Positions 8,901 through 16,621 of a stretch of 64,000 bases of DNA are shown here, piece after piece. Positions within the stretch are counted from its first letter, which is position 1. Every line of letters begins with the position of its first letter. The notes beneath the pieces were generated by a model that was given only the letters and a program-made list of their open reading frames with translations, made no database searches and was not told the DNA's origin. Origin of the DNA: Candidatus Nomurabacteria bacterium (lineage in GTDB: Bacteria > Patescibacteriota > Saccharimonadia > Saccharimonadales > JAGQNJ01). The translations under genes were made by a program, and so were the position numbers. The stretch is from assembly GCA_023898625.1 (NCBI GenBank), contig CP060231.1, positions 801,890-865,889 of the forward strand, in the 5' to 3' direction.

Positions 8901-11900
8901 AGAATTGTTGAACTAGACTGGGATTCTGTAACTGGATCACACCATTACGATGTGCAATACAAAAAGACCTCTGAAAGTTCATGGGTTGATTACGTGGATT
9001 CAACAGTTTATGGGTCGTTTATTTCCATCTATGATCTAGATCCACAGACATCCTACGATTTTAGGGTTAAGACAGTTAGAAGTGATAGTATTACTAGTGA
9101 TTGGTCGGATATCCTAACGGTTACAACTCTACCACAATCAACGTATCATATAACAAATTGTCAACAGTTGCAGGCAATAAGTATCGACCCAGTTACTTAT
9201 GAGTTAGGAGATGCCTCCGGGAATTACATCATTGATAATAATATTGATTGTAGTGAGTCATCAAATTGGGATTGGCAAGGACTCCTGCCTGTAGAGATGC
9301 AACAAACTACAGGTTTTGTGAGCATATATAACATTACTAACGGAGGAGATTTTACCGGAAATTTTGAAGGCCAAGGACATACCATTAGTGGACTATACCA
9401 AGATTCTGATAGATATGGTGGGCTATTTTATACTATAAAGTACAGTAGTATCAAAGATATAAATCTCGCCAACATAGATGTAAATTTTACGTCTAATCAT
9501 ATAACGTCAAGTTGTCAGAATGAGTCTTCGTTTAGTGTTATCGATGAATCTAATGTTTGTAGTGCTATAGGTGGATTGGTTGGTGGCATGAGGGAAAACT
9601 CTAAGATTAGTAATATCTCAGTGGGTGGCCAAATACATGTTGACTCTACCCCCATTAGCAATGCGAATGGTTACGAAACAACAAATATTATTGGTGGCCT
9701 TGTTGGCGTTGGGTCTGATACGTCTTTTGATGGTGTTGTTGATATCAATAACTCATCATCTAACGTAAATATTACTGTTTCTAGCTCAAATAAGACGGTA
9801 GCACAGCCTGGGCTTCAAGATTTTGTAGCAAAAATATTTAGCCTGGATGTTGGTTATGAGAATAATGACCCGAACTATACTAGTATTATTGCTGGTGGGG
9901 TTATAGGTTCTGCGTTGGGATTTGAGATTTCAAATGTTCAGGCTAACGGAGGGGTGTCAACTAACGGTTATTATAATGTTAGATCAGTTGGTAATCTAGC
10001 TGGAGTTTTTGCTTCTGCTTTTGATTCTTCTATAAGTAATAGTACTGCAGGGGGAACTATCGAATGTCAGGGCGGAGGATCAATGAGCTCAATTGGTGCA
10101 GGTGTCGGTATTGTTATGAATATGATCCCGCTTAACCTTAGCAACTCTGAGAATATTTTTAGCAATGCATCTATACACGATATCTCAACATCAACAAATA
10201 TAAATTGTAGTGTTGATTATAGTTCATTTAGTGTTGGAGGTGTCATTGGGGCAACCTTTTCAATGGCTCCAGCAATAGAAGCTATCGAGCCAGAAGTTGT
10301 ATATAACAATCTTTCATCGACAGGCAACATAAGTATAGGGGCCAGTAAATATCGATCTTACACAAATTTTGCATACTCCATATTCACATACTTTGGTGGT
10401 CCACATAAAATTTTGGATGGTGTCGGTGGTATTATTGGGTCTGTTGCTGGTGGGCCAAGTGGTGCTGATTTTAAAATAAGTAAAACATCTGTAAAATCCT
10501 CTCACTCTAGTTCTAATATAACAGTAAAGTCTGGTATACCTATCGGTGGTCTTGTTGGTTTAACAGAGGGAAGAGTACTGATTGAGGAGAGCGACTCGTC
10601 AGGCAACATAGTAAGTGATACTACAGAATGGGCACAACAGCCTTCTGAATGTTACTTCGCACCAGATGCCAATAGTGATTGCGCTGGGTACTATTTTAGT
10701 TATGGTATTGCCGGCGGGCTAGTCGGTATGGCAAACGGCAATTGTTCTTATCCAATAACAGAATTCCAAGACGACAATACAAACTGTGAGAATCGTATTG
10801 ATATACAAAATGCAAAAGCAACGGGCAATGTCGAAGCACTCAATGGTAGGGGCATATCGGGCGGGTTAGTCGGGACGGCGAATAATACATTAATAAGCCG
10901 TTCATACTCTTCTGGAGAAGTACAATCGAGGATTGCCGGCGGGCTAGTCGGGGTAATTATCTCCGATTCGGTAAATAATCAAGGTATTGAAAACTCGCAT
11001 TCAACCAGCCAAGTAACTTCAACGTATGACCCAAGTAATCCAACATATTTTGATGAAGGGTTTTTGTTCGGAGGATCCATACCAATCGCTGGTGGACTAG
11101 CGGGGATATCCATGGCGCAAATATCTTCATCATATGCTTCTGGAGATGTTACCATTCAACAATCTGCCAGCCGGATAGGTAACGGAAGGTTATATGGGGT
11201 AGGTAGTGCCGGAGGGCTGGTTGGTTATGGAATCGCTGGCTTAGATACATCTAACTTAATTACCCTACCACCAGAGGATAGGCCAAACCCAGTGAATTTT
11301 GCACCATTCTTTACGCGTCCATCAACGGATCCACTCGGTGTTTTTGGCGTCGTTAACTCTTTTGCTACCGGTAAGGTTAGCGTACCTAGTAACGAGGTTT
11401 ATGTACCTATTATTGATAAGAATGTTCCTGTTATTAGTGCTGGTTTGATTGGTATGTATCCCGAATATCGTGATCCAGATTATATTTCACAGAATAATAT
11501 TTTGCCACTAGATTTTAATAGTTATTATGATGTTGAAAAAACAGGACAAGACGAATGTGTTAAAGATATTTCTGTAATTATTGGGGCACTTGCGTATCCA
11601 GATATGTATTCCGACTGTCACCCCATCAACACCGATGGTTCTCAACCTAACTACTTCAAGAACAACTCTACCAACCCCCCCTTGAACCAATGGAACTTCT
11701 CTACTATATGGAAGACTAACTGTACTAACTATCCAGACTTTGTAGGCTCAACCAACTGTAATCCATCCAACCCTCCAGAAAACCCAGGCAATGGCAATCC
11801 TCCAACAACTCCAACTACCCCAACCACCCCTACAACTCCTACAACCCCAACCAATCCTCCAAAGACTCCTAGTACCACCAAACCACCTACTCCCACAACT

Positions 11901-13769
11901 CCAACCACTCCTCCATCTCCAACAACTCCCACAGAATCAGACACCCCTTCATCTTCATCCAATAATCAGTACTACTCCAACCCTCAATCTACAGCACTAC
12001 CAGCTCCCCTATCTAAAGTAGTCAAAGGTTCCTTCATGCAATCTCTAGTGAACTATACTGCTAACAATATACCTAAACCCGTAGCTAAAGCCATTCCATA
12101 CAGCCTACTCATACTTCTACTAGCTCTCTCAGCCCTCTATGGCTATTCTAGCTATCTAGAAAACAAAAGAAGACAAGCTCTCCAAGCTCTCATCACTCGC
12201 TTTAAATCTCTACTATCGGCTAGAGCTACCTTCCTACGTATTACCTCCCACTACATCAATACACCGATCACTAAGATCCAAGGAACCATAGAACTACTAG
12301 CTATGGGTACTACTTCAACCACAACTGCTAATACCACAACAGCAAGTACCAACACCACAAACAATAACTCAAGTACTAACAATAACTCTACAGGCTCTAA
12401 TACCAACCCTCCTACTAATACCAGCTCTACTCCTCCAAGTAACACTACTAGCTCTACCAGTAATCCAGGCACTACCTACACCCCTAACTCTAGCTCCCAG
12501 ACTAGTTCAGCTTCCGTAAACAGCTCTAGCAATCAGGCTAGTACCACCAGCTCCATCAGTTCTACTCCTAGCTCCCCTAATAGCATTAGTATACCTATTA
12601 ATACTAACTCTAGCTCTCAGTCTGGTTCAGCTTCCGTGTTCACCTCAACCCTAGCCACTACAGCTACCACTCTAACTATCCCAGAAGCCTCTATCGTAGC
12701 CTCTAAGTCAGCCATCAAGAGTCTCACTAACCATGCCAATGAACTACTAGATGAAGGACAATCCCTCACCGGAAGACAACAAGCTAACATCAGAAACCTA
12801 GAACAAAGAAAAGGACTTAGCTTCCTAACCCATCCTTTCTTCTGGCTCCCAGTAGTAGTTATCTCTACCTTAGTAGTACTACTCAACATCATCTTCATTC
12901 AAGCTGAACGCTATACCCCTACAGCTATTACTATTGCTTCTCAACTTATCCTAGGCTTCGTTGGTGTTATAGCTTTAGGTGTCAGCTACTACTTCTACCG
13001 TTCCTTCCAGTCCCAAAGACAAGCTCTACTAACCGAACAAGAAATAGAACAAGAGTTCAATGCTCGCCAAGCTAACTTCATAGCTGATGCCTACAACAAG
13101 CTCAACGATGACATCATAATCCTAGAAGGTGTCAGCCAAGACCTAGCTAAGTATCCTAAAGTCCGTAACTTCAACCAAGGCCTCAATGAACTAAAAGACA
13201 TAGTCTCCCAACTAGAAAAACTCAGCAACCTATCTAAGCATGTCCCAGGACTGCAATACCACACCAACCTAAGCAGTACTATATCTACTACCCTAACTAA
13301 CCTCAGATCCCTAGCTGACCAACAGAACATCACTATAACTACCAACAACATCAAACCCAACCAAAACGTCAACATAGAAGCTAATGCTCTAACCCATCTA
13401 CTGTCAGCTCCACTCAAGAATGCTATCTCAGCTAGTACTGCTGGCTCCAATATAGAACTATCCCAATCCAACCACAAAGCCAACAAATCTAACCAGATAA
13501 ATAAACCCAACACAGTAACTACCAACCTTAGCAATACCAACCTACCTATCCAAATAACTATTACCGATCATGGCAAAGGCATACCCCCAGAACAACTAAA
13601 CAATATCTTTACCCCATTCAACTCAGCCCATAGCCTAGAACACTTCACTGATACCGGACTAGGACTAGACCTCTACCTATGCAAAGTAATTGCCGAACAA
13701 TACAACGCCAACCTAACCATCACCAGCCAACCAGGAGAAGGCACAACAGTGATAGTGGGGATGGGGTGA
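5994..13769 (+). CDS. Giant (2,591 aa) membrane-anchored adhesin-like protein fused to a C-terminal histidine-kinase module
   Basis: Single uninterrupted ORF. Domain order: N-terminal TM anchor; Ig-like segment; two modules of PKD-like (YNYNVDWGDS...HTYSTPGTYTVKI) plus about 25-aa DUF285/BspA-type LRRs (FNQPLNNWNTSNVTNMSGMF); FN3; about a dozen GLUG-type GGLVG repeats; PT-rich stalk; TM; H-box (ATFLRITSHYINTPITKIQGTIELL); S/T-rich tract; two TM helices; HATPase_c boxes (LKNAISAS, DHGKGIP, IFTPF, GLGLDLYLCKVIAEQYNANLTITSQPGEGTTV). Confidence 0.85.
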   Translation: MKLNPKALLSKLPLPFWASFYLFLIILTIPVLAYIGTLSKADPGTLTVTINQKTGTTDPNPSYTSVFTVVFNEAINSNTFTNTDITLGGTAPGQTIQSITEAGAFNKTTYEVRIQATGAGTIIPTIAQELITAQSNNTNTNQASSSSDNTVTYDGTYAPNEFVTTWKTDNPGISASNQITIPTHWTGGYNYNVDWGDSTTSSNQTGDSTHTYSTPGTYTVKISGTFPRIHFGKGVSDYIKILTVEQWGSNPWTSMNESFYFPYNLTIPAIDAPNLSNVTDMSSMFSKATSLNQSLNHWDVGNITNMSRMFNEASTFNQSLNNWNTSNVTNISGMFAYATSFNGLINDWTTSNVTDMSGVFVGATIFNQPLNNWDTSSVTDMSWMFYQATSFNQSLSNWNTSNVTKLNIMFTEAAAFNQPLNNWNVVNVLDLSNLFARATSFNQPLNNWNTSNVTNMSGLFAGAASFNQPLNNWNTSNVTNMSGLFVGATSFNQPLSGWDLNSVTNMTMMFSSTSIQVAPGVTLSPSGLSTTNYDSTLAGWSSQSLQSGVTFDAGTSKYCNSETQRQSIITNHSWTINDGGKDCSSIGSTEFITTWKTDNSGVSGSNQITVPTFSGETYNYNVDWGDSTTSSNQTGDSTHTYSTPGTYTVKITGTFPRIYFDGTTDHDKILTVEQWGTNPWTSMNGAFSGASNITIPATDAPDLSGVTDMNGMLQGVSTFNSNINNWDVSNVTNMGSMFAGTTNFNQPLNSWDVSNVTAMDGMFFGATSFNQNIDSWDVSSVINMSGMFSGASDFNQPLNSWDVSSVENMTGMFGGALDFNQPLNNWNTENVTEMVGMFASATSFNQSLDSWDVGNVTLMNYMFGNANGYLEQAFAGVPYEDWPAMFQALYNLPMSGLSTANYDDTLISWAQQTVQQGVVFGGGTSKYCLSETYRQALISNDSWSITDAGKDCQGVSLDKPQNLSGTPFTRIVELDWDSVTGSHHYDVQYKKTSESSWVDYVDSTVYGSFISIYDLDPQTSYDFRVKTVRSDSITSDWSDILTVTTLPQSTYHITNCQQLQAISIDPVTYELGDASGNYIIDNNIDCSESSNWDWQGLLPVEMQQTTGFVSIYNITNGGDFTGNFEGQGHTISGLYQDSDRYGGLFYTIKYSSIKDINLANIDVNFTSNHITSSCQNESSFSVIDESNVCSAIGGLVGGMRENSKISNISVGGQIHVDSTPISNANGYETTNIIGGLVGVGSDTSFDGVVDINNSSSNVNITVSSSNKTVAQPGLQDFVAKIFSLDVGYENNDPNYTSIIAGGVIGSALGFEISNVQANGGVSTNGYYNVRSVGNLAGVFASAFDSSISNSTAGGTIECQGGGSMSSIGAGVGIVMNMIPLNLSNSENIFSNASIHDISTSTNINCSVDYSSFSVGGVIGATFSMAPAIEAIEPEVVYNNLSSTGNISIGASKYRSYTNFAYSIFTYFGGPHKILDGVGGIIGSVAGGPSGADFKISKTSVKSSHSSSNITVKSGIPIGGLVGLTEGRVLIEESDSSGNIVSDTTEWAQQPSECYFAPDANSDCAGYYFSYGIAGGLVGMANGNCSYPITEFQDDNTNCENRIDIQNAKATGNVEALNGRGISGGLVGTANNTLISRSYSSGEVQSRIAGGLVGVIISDSVNNQGIENSHSTSQVTSTYDPSNPTYFDEGFLFGGSIPIAGGLAGISMAQISSSYASGDVTIQQSASRIGNGRLYGVGSAGGLVGYGIAGLDTSNLITLPPEDRPNPVNFAPFFTRPSTDPLGVFGVVNSFATGKVSVPSNEVYVPIIDKNVPVISAGLIGMYPEYRDPDYISQNNILPLDFNSYYDVEKTGQDECVKDISVIIGALAYPDMYSDCHPINTDGSQPNYFKNNSTNPPLNQWNFSTIWKTNCTNYPDFVGSTNCNPSNPPENPGNGNPPTTPTTPTTPTTPTTPTNPPKTPSTTKPPTPTTPTTPPSPTTPTESDTPSSSSNNQYYSNPQSTALPAPLSKVVKGSFMQSLVNYTANNIPKPVAKAIPYSLLILLLALSALYGYSSYLENKRRQALQALITRFKSLLSARATFLRITSHYINTPITKIQGTIELLAMGTTSTTTANTTTASTNTTNNNSSTNNNSTGSNTNPPTNTSSTPPSNTTSSTSNPGTTYTPNSSSQTSSASVNSSSNQASTTSSISSTPSSPNSISIPINTNSSSQSGSASVFTSTLATTATTLTIPEASIVASKSAIKSLTNHANELLDEGQSLTGRQQANIRNLEQRKGLSFLTHPFFWLPVVVISTLVVLLNIIFIQAERYTPTAITIASQLILGFVGVIALGVSYYFYRSFQSQRQALLTEQEIEQEFNARQANFIADAYNKLNDDIIILEGVSQDLAKYPKVRNFNQGLNELKDIVSQLEKLSNLSKHVPGLQYHTNLSSTISTTLTNLRSLADQQNITITTNNIKPNQNVNIEANALTHLLSAPLKNAISASTAGSNIELSQSNHKANKSNQINKPNTVTTNLSNTNLPIQITITDHGKGIPPEQLNNIFTPFNSAHSLEHFTDTGLGLDLYLCKVIAEQYNANLTITSQPGEGTTVIVGMG
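6471..8849 (+). repeat. Internal tandem duplication of a PKD-like plus LRR plus cap module inside the giant gene (module 1 at 6471-7742, module 2 at 7758-8849)
   Basis: Both modules start (N/T)EF(V/I)TTWKTDN and end GGKDC/AGKDC. An approximately 85-nt stretch is nearly identical (6566-6650 vs 7847-7931). Confidence 0.85.
7312..7461 (+). repeat. Two near-perfect tandem 75-bp (25-aa) LRR units
   Basis: Copies at 7312-7386 and 7387-7461 read cattcaatcaacctttgaataattggaataccagtaatgttacgaatatgtctggactgtttg. They differ only in the last few bases. Confidence 0.9.
8871..9135 (+). other. Fibronectin type III-like domain of the giant protein
   Basis: PQNLSGTPFTRIVELDWDSVTGSHHYDVQYKKTSESSWVDY...YDFRVKTVRSDSITSDWSDILTVTTLP matches the FN3 pattern. 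Confidence 0.7.
9400..11240 (+). other. GLUG-motif repeat region of the giant protein
   Basis: Recurrent (I/V)(G/A)GL(V/A)G followed by N/S-rich turns: IGGLVGGM, IIGGLVGVG, IGGLVGLTEG, IAGGLVGMANG, ISGGLVGTANN, IAGGLVGVI, IAGGLAGIS, AGGLVGYG. Confidence 0.6.
11761..11965 (+). repeat. Pro/Thr-rich low-complexity stalk (PTTPTTPTTPTTPTNPPKTPSTTKPPTPTTPTTPPSPTTPT)
   Basis: Direct reading of the translation. It generates the antisense GVVGVVG shadow ORF at 11729-11962. Confidence 0.9.
12180..12300 (+). other. HisKA-like dimerisation/phosphoacceptor helix with the candidate phospho-His (codon 12249-12251)
   Basis: ENKRRQALQALITRFKSLLSARATFLRITSHYINTPITKIQGTIELL, compared with the canonical FLANVSHELRTPLTSI H-box. 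It lies immediately after the TM helix at 12091-12160. Confidence 0.55.
13383..13766 (+). other. HATPase_c (catalytic ATP-binding) domain of the giant protein
   Basis: N-box LKNAISAS, G1 ITDHGKGIP, F IFTPF, and G2 TGLGLDLYLCKVIAEQYNANLTITSQPGEGTTV. Confidence 0.75.
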
Positions 13770-13779
13770 GAAAAAGTGC

Positions 13780-13808
13780 TTTACATGATCTTGTACATCT
13801 GATAAAAT
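13780..13808 (+). promoter_or_regulatory. Candidate sigma70-type promoter for infA and the downstream alpha operon
   Basis: TTTACA (13780-13785), a 17-nt spacer, then TAAAAT (13803-13808), 20 nt upstream of the infA ATG. Confidence 0.35.
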
Positions 13809-13827
13809 TAAATCTTGTTATATATTT

Positions 13828-14049
13828 ATGGCTAGCAACAAAGAAGTAATCGAGTTAAATGGTGTGATTGTGGAAACCTTACCGGGTACACAATTCAAAG
13901 TTGAACTCGAGAATGGCCATCAAATTATAGCTCATGTTGCTGGAAAGATGCGCAAACACTACATACGTATCGTGCCAGGTGACAGCGTTACGGTTGAGTT
14001 GACCCCTTATGATCTCACTAAGGGAAGAATCACCTATCGCAAATCATAA
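13828..14049 (+). CDS. infA: Translation initiation factor IF-1
   Basis: 73 aa with [46 protein letters not shown]. Confidence 0.95.
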   Translation: MASNKEVIELNGVIVETLPGTQFKVELENGHQIIAHVAGKMRKHYIRIVPGDSVTVELTPYDLTKGRITYRKS

Positions 14050-14119
14050 ATAATAATACGCAGTGAGTTGCAATATATTGCAATCCGTAATCACCCACGA
14101 TAAGGAGACGATCAAAAGG

Positions 14120-14236
14120 ATGAAAGTACGTGCAAGTGTAAAGAAGATCAGCCCCGACGATAAGATAGTTCGTCGTAAAGGGCGACTTTACGTTATCAAT
14201 AAGCTAAAACCAAAGCATAAGCAGAGGCAAGGTTAA
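14120..14236 (+). CDS. rpmJ: 50S ribosomal protein L36 (Cys-free, non-zinc form)
   Basis: Not in the ORF track (38 aa): [38 protein letters not shown]. An AAGGAG RBS lies upstream, and it sits between infA and rpsM. Confidence 0.9.
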   Translation: MKVRASVKKISPDDKIVRRKGRLYVINKLKPKHKQRQG

Positions 14237-14238
14237 TT

Positions 14239-14625
14239 ATGGCAAGAATTTCTGGAGTTACAATTCCAAATGACAAACAAATTGAGACTGCCCTAACTTA
14301 TGTATATGGTATTGGCCCCAAATTCAGCAAAGATATACTGAAACAAGCCAAAATCGATCCGACAATTCGTGTCAATAAATTAACTGATCAAGAAATTTCA
14401 CAAATTCAAGATGTTATAAATAACAATTATACAGTTGAAGGTGAATTACAAAGAATTGTCACGTCTAACATCAAACGACTTAAGGAAATAAATTCTTATC
14501 GTGGAATGCGCCACAAGGCAAACCTACCGTCTCGCGGTCAACAAACTCGAACTAATGCACGGACTCGACGTGGCAAGAAGACTACAGTTGGTGGAACTAA
14601 GAAGAAAGCACCAGCTAAGACTTAG
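14239..14625 (+). CDS. rpsM: 30S ribosomal protein S13
   Basis: 128 aa MARISGVTIPNDKQIETALTYVYGIG... Confidence 0.95.
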   Translation: MARISGVTIPNDKQIETALTYVYGIGPKFSKDILKQAKIDPTIRVNKLTDQEISQIQDVINNNYTVEGELQRIVTSNIKRLKEINSYRGMRHKANLPSRGQQTRTNARTRRGKKTTVGGTKKKAPAKT

Positions 14626-14643
14626 GTCAGGAGAATATAGGAT

Positions 14644-15048
14644 ATGGCAGAGAATACTACAAGTACAACAACTATCAAAAAGAAAAAAGCTAAGCGCGCA
14701 GTTCCATATGGACAAGTTCATGTATTGGCGACTTTTAACAACACAATAATTACTTTCACTGATAGTAAGGGTGGTGCATTAACCTATGCTAGTGCGGGTG
14801 GTTGTGGATTTCGTGGGTCAAAAAAGGGTACGGCATACGCAGCGCAAGTCGCGGCAGAAAAAGCAACACAAGCAGTTAAGCAAATGCATGGTATGAGTAA
14901 AGTTGATGTGTATATTAAAGGTATTGGTCTTGGTCGGGATGCAATCGTCAGAGTTCTAAATACTATGGATGTTCGCGTCGAAAAGTTAATTGATGTAACT
15001 ACCGCTCCACATGGTGGTGTTAGACCAAAGAAAGCACGAAGGGTTTAG
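14644..15048 (+). CDS. rpsK: 30S ribosomal protein S11
   Basis: 134 aa ending TPAPHGGVRPKKARRV, with NNTIITFTDSKG. Confidence 0.95.
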   Translation: MAENTTSTTTIKKKKAKRAVPYGQVHVLATFNNTIITFTDSKGGALTYASAGGCGFRGSKKGTAYAAQVAAEKATQAVKQMHGMSKVDVYIKGIGLGRDAIVRVLNTMDVRVEKLIDVTTAPHGGVRPKKARRV

Positions 15049-15052
15049 TATT

Positions 15053-15670
15053 ATGGCAAGAGATTTACAACCAATTGTTAAAATGAGTCGTCGTGAAGGT
15101 TATGCCTTGCACCCAAAGGCACACAAAGCGTTGGTTAAGCGGGCTACACCAGCAAACCCAGGTGGTCGAAATAGTAGAAACAAACCTAGCCAATATGCGA
15201 TACAATTGCGCGAAAAACAAAAAGTCAAGCGATTGTATGGATTATTAGAACGACAATTCCGTAAATTAATGGCTGAGGCCGACCGTACAGAAGGACAATC
15301 TGGCGAACATCTATTGATATTCTTAGAAAGGCGCTTAGACAACGCGGTTTACCGTAGCGGCCTAGCAGTTAGTAGACGTTCAGCAAGACAGTTAGTTACT
15401 CACGGTCATTTTATGCTAAATGGACGTCGCGTAGACATACCCTCAATCCGTATTAAGCCTGGTGATGAAATCGTTCTTCGAGAAGCGAGCAAATCTAACG
15501 AGTATTTTAAGAAGATTGATGATGTCAGTCCAGGAGGTCAAGAAAATGAAGCCTCATGGCTTACTATAGATAGAAAGAAGTTCAAAATAAGCATCACCGG
15601 TATTCCAACACGTGATGAAGTTGAACCAGATATAAATGAGCAATTAATTGTTGAGTATTACTCACGATAA
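15053..15670 (+). CDS. rpsD: 30S ribosomal protein S4
   Basis: Start trimmed to the ATG at 15053 (MARDLQPIVKMSRREG). Contains the S4 domain LDNAVYRSGLAVSRRSARQLVTHGHF. Confidence 0.93.
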   Translation: MARDLQPIVKMSRREGYALHPKAHKALVKRATPANPGGRNSRNKPSQYAIQLREKQKVKRLYGLLERQFRKLMAEADRTEGQSGEHLLIFLERRLDNAVYRSGLAVSRRSARQLVTHGHFMLNGRRVDIPSIRIKPGDEIVLREASKSNEYFKKIDDVSPGGQENEASWLTIDRKKFKISITGIPTRDEVEPDINEQLIVEYYSR

Positions 15671-15680
15671 GGAGGCAAAG

Positions 15681-16619
15681 ATGTCAAAAAATATATATGT
15701 ACCAGGAGTAGTGTCAGTTGATGAACATTCTGCTACAAGTGCAACTTTTGCAATCGAACCATTACATACAGGCTATGGAATGACACTAGGTAACAGCTTA
15801 CGACGTGTTCTTCTTTCAAGTATTGCTGGCGCAGCGGTAACGGGCTTTAGGATTGAAGGAGCAACACATGAATTCACAACTGTATCTGGAGTCAAAGAAG
15901 ATATTGTTGATATTATGTTGGCACTTAAAGGTGTTCGTTTCAAAGTATTTTCAGACGAACCACAGGTCTTATCTATAAAGAAATCAGGAAAAGGTCCAGT
16001 ATTGGCCAAAGATATTCAAGCTACTGCTGATGTAGAAATAGTTAATGCTGATCACATTATCTGCACAATAGACGACCCTAAAACTAGTTTAAACATTGAA
16101 ATTACGGTTGAAACAGGTCGTGGCTATCGCCCGGTTGACGAAACAGCCCATCGAAAATCTAGTGATATGATATCGGTTGACGCGATCTTTAGTCCTGTAC
16201 AAAGAGTACGATATAAAGTTGAAAACACCCGTGTTGGCCAAATGACCGACCTTGACAAACTAATATTAGTCATCGATACAGACGGAAGCATTACTCCGAA
16301 GGACGCTTTCGAAGAAGCTGCAGCCATTTTAGTTAATCAATATACTGCGCTTGCTGGTCAAACTAAAGTTGAGGCTGCTCCCAGTCTTGTAGCAACTCAA
16401 CCTGTTGAGGAGGAAGCTTCTGAGGACAGTGCAGAGTTGATGACGCCCATCGAAGATCTCAATCTTACGGCTCGCACAAGTAATGCACTTGTTAATAACG
16501 ATATACATACATTGAAGGACTTGTTAAGTTTAGGTGATGCTGAATTACGAGACCTAAAGGGATTTGGAGCAAAAGCTCTTGACGAAGTTAAAGATAAAAT
16601 GGCGGAGTTGGAGATTTAA
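15681..16619 (+). CDS. rpoA: DNA-directed RNA polymerase alpha subunit
   Basis: Start at the ATG at 15681 after a GGAGG RBS. Contains GYGMTLGNSLRRVLLSSI and a C-terminal domain with LNLTARTSNAL. Confidence 0.95.
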   Translation: MSKNIYVPGVVSVDEHSATSATFAIEPLHTGYGMTLGNSLRRVLLSSIAGAAVTGFRIEGATHEFTTVSGVKEDIVDIMLALKGVRFKVFSDEPQVLSIKKSGKGPVLAKDIQATADVEIVNADHIICTIDDPKTSLNIEITVETGRGYRPVDETAHRKSSDMISVDAIFSPVQRVRYKVENTRVGQMTDLDKLILVIDTDGSITPKDAFEEAAAILVNQYTALAGQTKVEAAPSLVATQPVEEEASEDSAELMTPIEDLNLTARTSNALVNNDIHTLKDLLSLGDAELRDLKGFGAKALDEVKDKMAELEI

Positions 16620-16621
16620 TT

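Noticed and set aside
11729-11962. Minus-strand ORF encoding GVVGVVGVVG repeats, together with the plus-strand alternate-frame ORF 11791-12021 and minus-strand ORFs at 12251-12472, 12617-12898 and 13091-13540.
   Set aside because: They are frame or strand shadows of the Pro/Thr- and Ser/Thr-rich low-complexity coding sequence of the giant gene. That sequence lacks stop codons in several frames. None has an RBS or independent support.
14501-14749. Overlapping ORFs in alternate frames across the rpsM/rpsK junction (plus strand 14501-14749, minus strand 14524-14721).
   Set aside because: They are explained by the well-supported S13 and S11 genes and have no independent signals.
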